From Octopus sinensis (lineage: Eukaryota), in the NCBI RefSeq assembly GCF_006345805.1, contig NC_042999.1:103416001-103480000 (forward strand): a stretch of 64,000 nucleotides of DNA, read 5' to 3'. Below are positions 11,461 through 24,899 of this stretch, piece after piece. A model generated the notes under the pieces. That model saw only the letters and a program-made list of their open reading frames with translations. It did no database searches and was not told where the DNA came from. The translations under genes were made by a program, and so were the position numbers. Position 1 is the stretch's first letter; every line of letters begins with the position of its first letter.

Positions 11461-13689
11461 TCATATCATTCACACCGATACATACATACACATGCATACC
11501 TATTGTACAAACGTTGCTTGAAAAAGATATAACTCATCAGATTCGCAAGCAGACCTTCAATTAACATTGTACAAATTTGACTCATTTTCAATCCTGCTTT
11601 TCCCTGTCTAAACCTAAAGCATAAAAATGTAAATACCTTTCTTACACTGCTTCACTTATTATATCGCGGTTTCGAGACCCAACATCAAACATTTCCTCGA
11701 ATTTTATTTTTCTGAGAACCGTACACGTCTGAACTCTTATTACAACCCACTCCCAATTTGTTTACGTCCAAGCTGCTACAATTTAAATCGAACATTAAAA
11801 ACACTATTGATACCCAGACATCGTTACGTTGTAATCTACGAGTATTTAAAAACTTATAATGACAAGCTATCCTCTTCAAACGCAGCATAAAAAGTTTTAA
11901 GCCAATCGCATGTGGCATTTATCAATTTCGTCTTAACGAAGTTCGTGCTAGTTAAAAGAGTTGTAAAACATCAATCTAACTCCTATTGCTCTCTGTAATC
12001 TCTATATAGTCTCTGTCACTGAACTAATTCCAGTTTTCTTTTTGGTAGTGATTTGACATCTCATAAAATACCTCAATTAGATTATTTTTTTTTATACAAC
12101 CTCGAGTGAAAGATATTTTGAAACTTTACTCGTAATACTGTTTCTACTTCTATTGAGAAGTTTTTCTGTGCTGGAATGTATTATCATTCTTTCAGTCAAA
12201 TGCCAACTACGCTGCTTCACTTGGCAACTATCCAAACCACCATGTTTTACTGTAACGGCAACTTCTTCCTAACCTCAAAACAAAGCACTGTGTTTTTCAA
12301 CTATGTTGGTTTGTTACTATTTATAGTGTCGTTACTCAAGTGAGCAGTTTTTTTGCGTAATTGCTTAGCCCTTAGTCATTGCTAACTAAGCTGACCTTGA
12401 TTAAGTCCAAAGGGAGATCTAGATATGAATATACTGTTTTTTGGTTTGTATTTTAGCAGGTATCTGTTAAAGATCTTTACATTCTTAATCAAAATTCCAC
12501 CTCAATAACCAGCTTCCTCATGATGTGTTTCGAGATAATCGCGATCCGACTACGCTGTTAAGACTCCACTGTTAAACACAACAATTCATTGATTGTTAAA
12601 TAGTATCTCAATTGAATGGGTCTCAAAAATTGAATGGATCCTATCCTAAAATGGGAACAAACAAACGGACAGAAAAATTAACTTTCTCGAAATCATACGG
12701 ATTACAACTTGTATTACTCTCATTGTCTCCATATCGAAAAGCAAGTAAAGAAGCTAGAATTTCCTCTACAAGCATTCCTAATGTATTCCTATTAAAAATT
12801 ACTGTTTTCTTATCTAAGGTAATGCATCATAGTTTTCAATTTTAACATGATAGACTACATTTCGTGGGAAACTTTTCAAACAATCGGGAAATTCCCATTA
12901 GTTCACTATCTGTGTACTTTGTTTCAGCGCTTTCCTTCTCGTTCTTTCAACTTTGCTGCTATATAAAACATCTCCTTTGAAGTTACCGATTATATCATAA
13001 CTTCACTGAAAGAGAACAACCAAAACTTAATTTAAGAAGTGAATATCCTCCTGGCGTTTGATAATTGAACATGTGGTAAAAACAGCAACCAAACCTTACT
13101 CAAATGACATCAGAATTTCAAAATGGGTTGCATACAATTGGATAATGTAGTCTTCCTGCTTTAATGGTATTTAAGAATTTACTTGACAATTCATTCTGCT
13201 CCTTTTTTCAAAGAAATAGAGTGTGATTTGAGGGATAGCTCTCTGCTTTTTCGAGCAGATCATCTGTCTGCATAGACGATCTGTCGTTGGATTATATGGG
13301 TGAAATCGCTATAGGTAGTGTGAGTTGATTCAGTTTTATACAAAGAAACTATTAGATTGAAACTTGTGTTCATAATAACTCCATTATCGCTGCATTCGAT
13401 ATATTTTAAACATTATCTCTGGATTTCCTCCTAGAGTATGTTTCAATTTCTGACTTATTCAGTTAATAAAACATCCATGAATAGTTATGTACATTTCTGT
13501 GGAGAATATTAACGATCTTTAATATAAAATAAACATGAACTTAATAGATTTTTATTTATAAATGCACATGCATATATAATAATGTTTTTAAAATTAAACA
13601 ATCAAAATTACATAACTGACAAGGTGTCTCTGAAGTAAAAGTATAGTATTATTATTCATGGAATAATAGTTGCAATGAAAGAAGATATA

Positions 13690-13930
13690 ACAATATTTGT
13701 TTCAAATCTTGACACAAGACCAGAAATTTTGTAAGTGGGGATAAGTCGATTTCATTGGCGTCAGTGTTCAACTTGCACTTATTTTATCCACTCCGAAAGG
13801 ATGAAAGGCAGATTTTGAACTGAGAATTTGAACTCAGCAGAATTTGAACTGAGAACGTATAGTCGAATAAAATGCCGTTAAGCATTTTGTCCGGTGTGCT
13901 AACAGTACTGCTACTTCGTCATCTTACAAT
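13690..13930 (-). mobile_element. SINE family B (tRNA-type)
   Basis: Reverse complement of the ...TTCTGAGTTCAAATT..TTTGCCTTTCATCCTTTCGG.. consensus. Confidence 0.7.
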
Positions 13931-13953
13931 ATCATTTAATATTGCGGAAACGT

Positions 13954-14150
13954 AAGGCGGCGAACTGGTAGAATCGTTAGCATGCCGGGCAAAATGCATA
14001 GCGGCATTCGTCTGACTTTACCATCTGAGTCGACTTTGCTGTTCATCATTTCCGCGTCGATAAAATAAGTAATGGTAGAAACTGGAGCCGATGTATTCGA
14101 CTTAACCATCCCTTGAAATTGCTGGCCTTGAGCCAAAATTTGAAACCAAT
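13954..14150 (+). mobile_element. SINE family B (tRNA-type)
   Basis: Head AAGGCGGCGAACTGGTAGAATCGTTAGCATGCCGGGC and tail GAAATTGCTGGCCTTGAGCCAAAATTTGAAACC. It sits head-to-head with the 13690-13930 copy. Confidence 0.75.
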
Positions 14151-14853
14151 ATTGAGGAAACATAAAATGCTATCATGTCAATAAAAAAAAATTCTATTAT
14201 TAGCTAATAATTAAATTTATTTATCCTAAGATGTATTGAACATGTACTTTTATCATACTATCACATTAGGAGGAAATCTTTAACATTTTTCATCATAAAC
14301 GAGCATTGAAAATTATATATATATATATATATACACGCGTTGTGTGTGTGTGTGTTTGTACTTGTGTATATCTTATATACAGTGGAATAGGAATAAACAT
14401 TTCTCGTGTAAAATTAACAATTAAACGCTTAATATCACATGCGTTTCTAATCAATAGAGTAAGTTTCATGCATGACTGTATATTATGATATAAATCAATT
14501 CACTTTTTACTTTTTACTTTATGAAAGCCAAAACTAAAACAAAAAATCCATTATGCTGTTTTAAATACTCTGGGGGATAAATATTTTATAATTGTCGTAA
14601 AATTAACAGATAATTTACTAAGCGTAAAACATTAATTCATAGATTAGGCGTCACAAACATTTTAGCTTTCCGTTAACAAAATAACGAGTAAAATCTATTA
14701 CAATTAATTAGACCAAATGATTTACAAGATAATATTTTATTATTAATTACCCAAAGGAATAAACGACAGATTTTCCCTTTTCTTTTCAAAAATGCATACT
14801 GTCGCACAGGAATGTAGTTACGATTCTATCTATCTTATCTATCTCTTCCACTC

Positions 14854-14929
<76 letters not shown>

Positions 14930-15350
14930 TTAACATGTATATACACGGATATATTTGCATACACAAACAAATTTTATACTCACATTATGTGTAATAATTT
15001 AATTACTTAGCATTTTAGCGTTCAATTCACAACGTAAGGTAAGATATAAGGGTATATTGATACTTATATATATATATGAAAATTACAATAAATAGATAAA
15101 TATCTATTAGCTTGACTATGGAAAAATTCTAGTATATAATTTAGTATTAAACATCTAATCGAAAAGATGGAAAATAAACTTACTATATCATTACAATAAT
15201 GCTTCCAAACATACGTTGATGTAATACTTGATTGTTACACCTTATCCATTATACCATTATACCACTACAAAGGATTGTATTTGAACACTGACATCTTGAT
15301 AACTGTGTTTATATTTATGTATGTGTGTGAGCTTGTGTGTGAGTATATAT

Positions 15351-15386
<36 letters not shown>

Positions 15387-16527
15387 CATATGTTCGTAAA
15401 CACAGGTATACTTACACTAGTAAATTTTTATATTTACAAAAACGTACGAAGCCAAAAACACATATAATATAATTTCATTACGAAACTTCAGTTGAAGATT
15501 TTTATTATCGAAGTAATAAAACTGGTTTCTATAACTATGTAGATGTAAATTTTATACATGAAAGTGGAAGTTACAAATGTCTTGCTAATTTCTTGAATAT
15601 TGAAGTTTTTGTAGCCTCACTATGCATTTCAAAGGTTTATAGATCAATATTAGAGTCCTAATAGACATATATACTATGAAAAATTAATTAGACTATGAAA
15701 TAAATGAGGTTCAAACTTAACAGCCACTTGGTTTCAGTTCCGGTCTTGCTGCGCAACACCTAGGGCAAGTGTCCTCCATTATAACTCCGAGTCGTCGAAT
15801 GTTTTATGAGTGAATTTTTAGATAGATTTTTAGAAAGATATATTCAGTTGCAACTATTAGTGTCAGCCTTTGGTTTCGAAAATAATACACCTTTAAATGC
15901 TGCTTCCTGATGCCGCATCCTAAGATCTCCGACTTCTGTCTACTTTGACGACTGCAAAAGGCCATGGGTACTTCGAATACTCTGTTTTTCTTCTGTAATT
16001 GCAAAGAAATTAAACAGAACGCTTCATTACATATTACAATATTGTGAGCAGAAGTTCTGTCCAGTGAGAGGAATATGCGCCTAGTTTTTACTAAAAGTAG
16101 ACTATCTAATAATTATCTGTGTTACAAAATGACATACATTTACTCTGTCTTTTCTAATTATTTCCTTTACGCACATAAAAAAATAAGAATTTAATCATCT
16201 TCCTACAAGCAAAAACTGCAAACTTGCTGAATCTAGGCGGAAAAAAATGTCGAAAATTTATTGAATTCATATTTTCTCTCTGAATTAGTTGTTTGGTTAG
16301 AATTTTTGCTTAGAATAATCTTTTGTATTATAATTCGTGTCAAAGTAAATATCTTTGTATTGTTTCTTTTGTTAGCTTTCTTCAATAGCGTCAGCCTAGA
16401 GTACGTTTCCTTTGGACTTATTCTTCTAATCTTACACAATTAATACATAAACAAACTCTTAGACAGGTGCAAAAATGAAGGTAAGTATGTATATGCGTGT
16501 GCGTATGTATATATATGTATTACGTGC

Positions 16528-16572
<45 letters not shown>

Positions 16573-16651
16573 TTCATATGTATATGTGTATATATATGTA
16601 TATATAATATATATATACATATATTCATATATATATGTGTATATATATGTA

Positions 16652-16692
<41 letters not shown>

Positions 16693-16774
16693 TATATATA
16701 TATATACATATATTCATATATATATATATGTGTATATATATGTATATATATATATTTATATATATATACGTACA

Positions 16775-17170
16775 GGCGCAGGAGTGGCTGTGTGGTAAGT
16801 AGCTTGTTTACCAACCACATGGTTCTGGGTTCAGTCTCACTGCGTGGCACCTTGGGCAAGTGTCCTCTACTATAGCCTCGGGCCGACCAAAGCCTTGTGA
16901 ATGGATTTGGTAGACGGAAACTGAAAGAAGCCCGCCGTATATATGTATATATATATGTTTGTGTGTCTGTATTTTCCCCCTAGCATTGCTTGACAACCGA
17001 TGCTGGTGCGTTTATGTCCCCGTCACTTAGCGGTTCGGCAAAAAGAGACCGATAGAATAAGTACTGGGCTTACAAAGAATAAGTCCCGGGGTCGAGTTGC
17101 TCGATTAAAGGCGGTGCTCCAGCATGGCCGCAGTCAAATGACTGAAACAAGTAAAAGAGTAAAAGAGTAA
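16775..17170 (+). mobile_element. Full-length SINE family A (tRNA head, conserved central domain, AAAGAGT-type tail)
   Basis: A/B-box-like head GGAGTGGCTGTGTGGTAAG...GGTTCAGTC, central CCAAAGCCTTGTGAATGGATTTGGTAGACGGAAACTGAAAGAAGCCC, 3' GGCGGTGCTCCAGCATGGCCGCAGTC. There are many homologues in the window. Confidence 0.85.
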
Positions 17171-17222
17171 AGCGTACATATCTATGCATATATACATACA
17201 TACGTATATATAAACATACGTG

Positions 17223-17253
<31 letters not shown>

Positions 17254-17745
17254 GTATATATATATATTTGTATATATATATATATATATATAATATATAT
17301 ATATATATATACATATATGTTTGCTTGCGTGTGTGTGTATGTATGTGTTGATATATGCATGTGTGTGGGCCTGTGTGCATTCCGGAAGTACTTTCATACA
17401 GTATGGTTCCACTTTTACAACAAGGATAGTGAGCAAAAGAAAAATACCAAATGTAAGATATTTGCCACGCTAACAAGTTACAATTAACTACTAGCATATT
17501 CCAGAACTCCTCTACAATTGCTATATTCCGGAAAAATTTCTTTCTTGTAATTTTGCAGACGTCCCATGAAAACGCTTCTGGTGTATCCAACATATTCTAT
17601 ATATTCGTTGTTTTTGTTGTAGTTTACCTAAAGAACAGTGTCCATATTAACTTTAAAGAATTCCGTAACACACGGAAATATTGCTTATGATCATAAGAAT
17701 TGATATGATAACATATACATATATAATTATATATGTATGTGTGTA

Positions 17746-17880
17746 TAGCCACTATACACATTTATTTCTCTCCTTGTTTTTTTCTGTGTCCCTTTCTGTA
17801 GAAGAGCGTAAGCTCGAAACGTAAAAGACGTTTTCTGTTCCTGAGCGTTATACTAATACATCTGTTTGTTTTATGTATAT
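17746..17880 (+). repeat. Family H3 repeat with hammerhead-like motif, copy 2
   Basis: GTCCCTTT-CTGTAGAA-GAGC-GTAA-GCTC-GAAACGTA-AAAGAC at 17788-17829. Confidence 0.6.
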
Positions 17881-17939
17881 ATATATTACTGTCTTTTAGA
17901 AAAACATAAATTCGGAGTAAAAGCACCCTCTAAGAAGTA

Positions 17940-18176
17940 GAATAGTCTATATTTATTACTGGTGAAGACCGGTTTAATGAGCTACCCTGGGTTTCTCGCC
18001 ATGGCGGATGCCTTTATGGCGTATCTTCAGACCCCAAGCTCTGTTGGCCTATGACCTCTTTAAAATGTGGAGGGGAAAACGATACGGTTGTGAACAAGGA
18101 GATCATCTCCCTTTTCTGCTGGCTATCGGCTTCGGGCGGTGTCGCCATCTTTCAGCTATGAGGGTAAACAATAGAG

Positions 18177-18217
<41 letters not shown>

Positions 18218-18880
18218 CCAATCAACTTCTGGCTGTAGTGTTATTTTCGCTATTACCGCTATTATGCGGTTCCCAACACGCCAGCAGAAATCTTCTAAAA
18301 TGCAAGCAAGGCCCGAACATTTCTATTCTGGAGTTCAGTATGGTCCTTGTTATGTGCGAGTTTTTCAGAATTTCCATGCGTTCAGTTATACATAGCTTGC
18401 AGCTTTTCGTCCCATTGATAGAGGGACCCGGGCGCACGAGGATTTTCCATGAGATCGAGTGTGGAATTCCATCTTCCTTTAGTTGCCAGACATGGCTGGC
18501 CTGCGATGTAACGTATCTCCTTTCCGGGACCCTGAAGGAGGATCTTTAGTTGGAAACACGTTACATCACCATAGATCGTCATCGGTTACCTGTTTAAAGG
18601 TTTGATAGAAGTATGCATAATAATTTGGCTAGACTGAATGGTATGTTGGTTCGTGTGTGCATAGGGTGGTGTTATGTAAAGAGGAGGCATTGTTATGAGT
18701 CAGTGGGTTTAAAGTACATATCAGTTTCCAATAGCGAATTTATTTTTCTTATTAGAATGTCTAAGATGGGAAGATTATCGTTGCTGAATTCTATGGTGAA
18801 TTGAATGTGTGGATTTATGTTTTTATAAGCTTTTGGATTTTTTTACAGCTCCAGAACTTTGTCTCTAACAAGTGAAACAC
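17940..18880 (-). mobile_element. Penelope-like retroelement remnant (RT thumb + GIY-YIG C-terminus + pLTR)
   Basis: 18880-18610 reads NINPHIQFTIEFSNDNLPILDILI...TDMYFKPTDS*QCL...HHPMHTRTNIPFSLA (PLE RT thumb). 18600-18240 reads SFR..ERRYVTSQASHVWQLKEDGIPHSISWKILVR...KSCKLCITERMEIL...ILNSRIEMFGPCLH (PLE GIY-YIG C-terminus). Confidence 0.85.
17979..18035 (-). ncRNA. Type I hammerhead ribozyme in PLE pseudo-LTR
   Basis: The minus strand reads GGGT-CTGAAGA-TACGCCAT-AAA-GGC-ATCC-GCC-ATGGCGA-GAA-ACC-CAG-GGT-A-GCTC. This gives a canonical CUGANGA/GAAA core, helix II CGCCAU/AUGGCG, helix III ACC/GGU and a GUA cleavage triplet. Helix I is weak (wobble-rich). It lies just downstream of the GIY-YIG fragment. 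Confidence 0.7.
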
Positions 18881-19351
18881 CAAATATTGAATATTTTGTA
18901 TTAAGGAATTAAGGAATACGCAATAACCGCAAAGTCAACCAACGATATATGATATTCGCACAAGGCATAGTCCGACCGGTATGTTTAAACTTATATTCTT
19001 TAATACACAGATCACGCCTTTGCATCCACACACACAATAAGAATTACATACATAGACTCATTCAAACAAACATACATGTGTATGCCACAGATTTGTGTAG
19101 CTGTGTATTTTTCTGTTGGTTCATCACACATTTCATGTGAATCGTTGAATTTACATTTTACAGTTAACATTTCCGAAAACAAATATGTAACTAGTATTTT
19201 CCAAATCGATTGTTAAATGTTGATAGAATGGACAAGTAGACTAAAATGAAGTCATTGTCTTTATTTATAACAATGAATGATTAAGAAATATATCCAGATT
19301 ATAAGCAAATATATTAACACGTTTTATAAAATTCGGATATTCTCATATCGG

Positions 19352-19530
19352 TAGCCACTACACACATTTTTTTCTCTCCTTGTTTTATTCTGTGTCCCTC
19401 TCTGTAGAAAAGCGTAGGCTCGAAACGTAAAAGACTTTTTTCAATTCCTGAGCGTTATACTAATACATCTGTTTATTTTGTATATCACCTGTCTTCGTCT
19501 TTTGTTTTTTTCGTGAACTCTCCCCTGTAT
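19352..19530 (+). repeat. Family H3 repeat with hammerhead-like motif, copy 3 (mutated)
   Basis: CTGTAGAAAAGCGTAGGCTCGAAACGTAAAAGAC at 19402-19435; ends in (TA)n. Confidence 0.6.
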
Positions 19531-22500
19531 ATATATATATAATTTCCCTTCATTTTGGCTTAATCAGTGTCAAATTTCAGATTTGGTTATGTGGTACAAT
19601 CATGCCATGTATTCTTTCATGTGTATTCATTTTGTTTTTCCCACATTTAATTCTCACCTCATCTCATTATTCATTGTTTTTAACTCCATTCTATTGTAAC
19701 TGACTCTGACTGTCTGTACAATGTTAATGCAAATATTTACTAGTGGAAGATATACATTTCTAACTTTCTTTCACTGTAAGTAAACATTACCAGCCATTGG
19801 AAAATAGTATTTATTTATTGTTTTACCTCTAGATTAAGTAAATACAGTATTTATTCAATATATAAGTTAGATATTTCTAATATACTTGATAGGACATTTT
19901 GTCATTCTTTCCTTTATATAAATGTATGCGTTTCAGTGTGTTTAAGTAGAATCCTTTTTTATTACAGTTGTCCTATTTCGTTATTAGTCCCATATGTTTT
20001 GTTGGAACAAAAATATTCCTAAATACGTTAATTTAATAGTGCTCAAGACCTTTTCGGTCTCATCATTAGATTGAAGTGATGTAAACGTTAGCTGATTGTT
20101 TACCTGAGCTGCCGTACGTTCTAAAGTCTCATAGGAATACTATCATAATTGATAAAGTCATCAACGTCGAATATAAAAATTACACAAAGCTTAAGTGTTG
20201 CTGTTTATAGCTTTGTTATAGCTTTATTTTTCTATTTTGGGTTTTGTTTTGCTATTAGAAATACTCATTATTTATTCTATTTTGTGAAGTTGTAGTACTG
20301 ACAATTAAGGTACTGTATTATAATGAAGTAAGGAAACACCTTTTTTGTAAATGCATGTTTAACCAACAAGAGATTGTTATAGTCGTGAGAATATATTACA
20401 AAACCATCAGAATGTAAGACCTAATGTTAATCCCAATTTAAAATAGAATGTTCACGAAATAACAAACGAGTATAAACTGTAGAATATATTTTAAACAGCT
20501 AATGTAATAGATAAAAGTCAAGGAAAATATGTATGCTGTAAACTCCATGACTCAAGTTCCTACATCGAACTTACAAGTGTAACATCTCGTCTGTTGACCA
20601 GATATTTACAGCAAAGAGTCTTTCCAGATCATTATAATACAACCAAATAGACGAAAAGGTTCGTTAGAACATTGTTTCCTATCTCCAGGAGTGCGATCCA
20701 AAGTTGCGTTACCAAGATTTTTCAATGATTCACAAAGTAATTTTTTAAAGTATTATTTTTGTTCGAAAGTGTAAAATAATTTCCAAATGTGTTACTGTTA
20801 TACAAGATATACATGGCTACTTACATTCAGTGTCACAAAGATATTTGATACATACTAAAAATGTATTTACTCTCTGAATTTTCCCAGACCAATGAACAGG
20901 AAACTGTAGTTAAAAGAATTACCAAACTACGAATGAGTAGACTCATACTTAACTTTTTTTCCCAGTAACATACATTGTTGTTGGTTATTTCTTGTATGCA
21001 AAAGAACCTGCGTTCTTTAAATTTAAATATCTAAAGAAAAATCTATTTACAAAATGACAGAAAATAACTTTTATTATGAAAGAAATGAAAGCCAGCCTTA
21101 TATATATTTATTCCATCTCCGGAATATACAGACATTCATACACATACATATTCATGTGCGTGTGTGTATGTGTATCAGTGTGTGTATCTGTGTGTGTGTG
21201 CTTGTGTGTGATTTATTTGGCAATATTTTGACAAGAAATTGGCTTATACAAAGTTAATTTAACAACCCTGCTGTTACATCCTTCCTAATCTCAAAGTAGA
21301 AATTGAATTCTGGAAGAATCAGACTACTTAGGCCTATTTCAGAATTTTTTACAAATATATCACTATTTTATATTTTCTTTATGCCATTTGGCTGTTCTAT
21401 AATTATATGTAGCTGTCAGTTGATATAATCCCTAATGTCAGAGCAGGAATACAAACCCAAAATTTTATAATTGGGATTTACATTTATTACCACAGAATAG
21501 TCAAATCGCAATTACTAATATTGTTTGAAGTGTCAAGCAAAGAATCACTGAAGTACATGGAACTATCAAGCACGAAAAGGAAAAATATTTTAGCAATAGA
21601 AAAAGTTTGTATTTGAAAACAAAACACTGCTTAAGGACTGGATGGTCCAAACAATAATACTATGCTAACAGGAAAATTCTGATAGATAAGTTTATTGATA
21701 TTCGTGATAATTGTTTTGTTAAATTAAACATTTCAACTATATTTATGATTTAAGTTTCTGGTTAAAGTAGTTTACATATTAACATGTAAGTTACATTATG
21801 TTGAAGACATTAATATCTTCCATTTAATATCTTCCATCACTAAGATTGCTTAATGCATAACGTTTTAACACACATATATGGGTAGTAGGAAACAGCAGTA
21901 TAATTTTTATAGAATTTTTTATGCAAAGGAAAAAAAAGTATTTTTTAGCAAAATCAAACAAATCTATATATACATTTTATTTGGAGGGGATGGGGTAATC
22001 GTCTTAAAATAATAACCTGCTGTAGATCATTATTCGTAGAGTTTAAGAACCATTACTTTCTAAAATCCGAGCTTCTTGATTTACATTTTAGTGTCTTCTC
22101 TTATATATATGTGTGTTTGTATGTATGTATGACATATAGAGATAGTTAATTATAGTGCAACTGTGCTGAGAAAAATGCTAAGTGATTTAATAGACATGTT
22201 AAGCTCTTGCTGACTTCTTGGAGAATTTCAAATCAATTAGGGAAACGGCTGGCATCTTGATAGCTTTCTCTATTAATTTGAAATAATTTAATTTTAATTT
22301 AATGTTAGAACTTGTTTCCCACAGCTATTAATTTCCTATGCGATGCTTTTTAGTAGTACTCAACAAATATTTAGTAGTGTATTTGCTGTAGAAATGAAAT
22401 TAATTATCACTATTTTGTGTGTGTTTACAGAAGCGAAAAGAGTTTCTTAATTACGGCAATAGTTCATGAGTTTACGTATTTAAAGCTGATATTTATTATT

Positions 22501-22765
22501 TATTTTGTTTTACATATTTTCGCTAACTTCATCAATTCAATATGGAACTCATGAAATTTTAATAAATTAATTAAAATAATCATTGATATTCTACTAATTA
22601 GAAACATTTATCAGCTATGGGCTCACTTTGTAAATGCCGTAATGGACGTTGGAAATAACAGAAACAGTGTTTATAATTTAACGAAAGTTATATCCTTTGT
22701 TGTATGTCAGTGGAGGTCATTATACCATTATTAAGCACATGCTTTGCTTCTATCTCACTTCCTTT

Positions 22766-22890
<125 letters not shown>

Positions 22891-23059
22891 CAACTATATA
22901 CCAATTTAGCAGATTAACTAACCGATTGTTTTAATTAACCGTTTGGTCAATCACTTTCAGTCAGACCTAGAATAGACAGAGAGCATATCATTAAAGTTGC
23001 GAATGGTGACAAAAGGACTTTGGCGAGCTTTTGCAGCGTTCTCATTTAATTGTAATTCT

Positions 23060-23250
23060 TGGCCGGTTTCTTGGATTCTGTGTTATATACTGGCTCAACC
23101 TGGGTGGGTCGCAAGTCCATTGCAGGAGCACCCATTCGTGTCAACTGAATGGTCTGGAGAAACATCAAATACAGTGCTTTGCTCAAGAACACAACACATC
23201 GCCCGGTCAATGAATCAAAACAACAATATTACGATCGTAAGACACCCCAA
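23060..23250 (-). mobile_element. SINE family C
   Basis: GTGCTTTGCTCAAGAACACAACACATCGCCCGG is the reverse complement of the family C body. Confidence 0.5.
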
Positions 23251-24079
23251 TCGCTAAATCACATATTTTCGCACTTAGGCTACAATAATCAATAATCACT
23301 TCCTTTTCAATGTGAGCTATTTAGTTTCTATTTCTAGCAAGTCCAGTACTCTGTCTACATATCAACACTAGATCTACAAGAAATGGCGCCCAAATCTATC
23401 TCAAATCATGCGCTGCCATTTTAAAGGAAAAGGAGCACATATTAGATAATATACTCTTAGGTATAATGTCTAAAATATAAGGGCAGTCAGAAATAGAATA
23501 CCTTAGCTTATAAATTTGCAAAACCAGGTTTACCCCGGAGTCTAAACATCATCAACAACAACAATGAAAAAATCCACGGTAGTGTTGGCAACATAATACA
23601 AGTTGCTGGTTCTGTGAAAGATCTTTCTTCTAATAGCACAAAGGAATTATTAGATAACAATTGTTATTACTTCGTCTTCCACGTTTTCATTTCGTTTAAA
23701 TATTAATTTTTATCTTCTCTATTTTTCAAATGCAATTCCCCTTCTTTACGACATTGCCTCGTCATTTTCCATTCTCCTGATTGTTTTCATATTCTGCCTA
23801 CAAATGCGAAGAATCCAAATCAATGTCCATTGAAGCAAGAGAAAAAAAATAGCACAAATACTGAATACTTTTCAACAAAACTCAAGACAGCGAAAAAGTG
23901 GAACGATTATATAAAGCTTAAGGCTGAATGGAACATACTTGATTACAGGTTTGCTCGTTCAGGAATGACAGAATACTATTAAAAACAAAACACAACTTCT
24001 ACGTCATTTGCTTATGAACACACCGAATTGAATCGATCTGGTTTGGTAGAAAACAGGATCGTGCGACAGTAGGGCTAAA

Positions 24080-24114
<35 letters not shown>

Positions 24115-24377
24115 TAATATGCATAACATGTGTAATGTGCATAAGCGTGTTTGTATTAAGTGAGTGTTATTTCAAATTTAGTTTCAAATTAATTGCGGAA
24201 TCTTTATTGATAGACAAATGGACTCATTACTGAGAGTAGAGTCAAATTTATTGTGAAATTTGTGAAATTCTTTATGTTTTGCTTAACTCTCTATGCACTT
24301 GGCTGAAATGGTCGTGTGACAAAATTCGAAGTCACGGGTAACACGAAAATCACTAAATAAGGTTACCATATATGTTC

Positions 24378-24850
24378 TTTTTTCTTTTACTTGTTTCAAT
24401 CATTTGACTGCGGCCATGCTGGAGCACCGCCTTTAGTCGAGCAAATCGATTCCAGGACTTATTCTTTGTAAGCCTAGTACTTATTCTATCGCTCTTTTTT
24501 GCCGACTCGCAAAGTTATTGGGACGTAAACACACCAGCATCGGTTGTCAAGCGATGTGGGGGAACAAACACAGACACACATTCACACACACAAATATATA
24601 TACATATACATATATACGGTGGGATTCTTTCAGTTTCCATCTACCAAATCCACTCATAAGGCTTTGGTCGGCTCGAGGCTATAGTAGAAGTCACTTGCCC
24701 AAGGTGCCACGCAGTGAGACTGAACCCAGAACCATGTGGTTGGTAAGCAAGCTACTTATCACACAACCACCGTGAAATATAAACGAACTTTGTTTCACTT
24801 TATCATACTTCGATACAAAAAATCCACTACTTACCACACAGCCACTCCTG
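24378..24850 (-). mobile_element. SINE family A (near full length)
   Basis: Reverse complement of 16775-17170. Confidence 0.85.
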
Positions 24851-24853
24851 AGC

Positions 24854-24899
<46 letters not shown>

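Noticed and set aside
16775-16850. tRNA gene
   Set aside because: It has only A/B-box-like motifs continuing into a SINE body and no full cloverleaf.
20625-20740. Possible plus-strand exon IIIIQPNRRKGSLEHCFLSPGVRSK..
   Set aside because: Splice signals are weak and ambiguous and the peptide is unrecognised.
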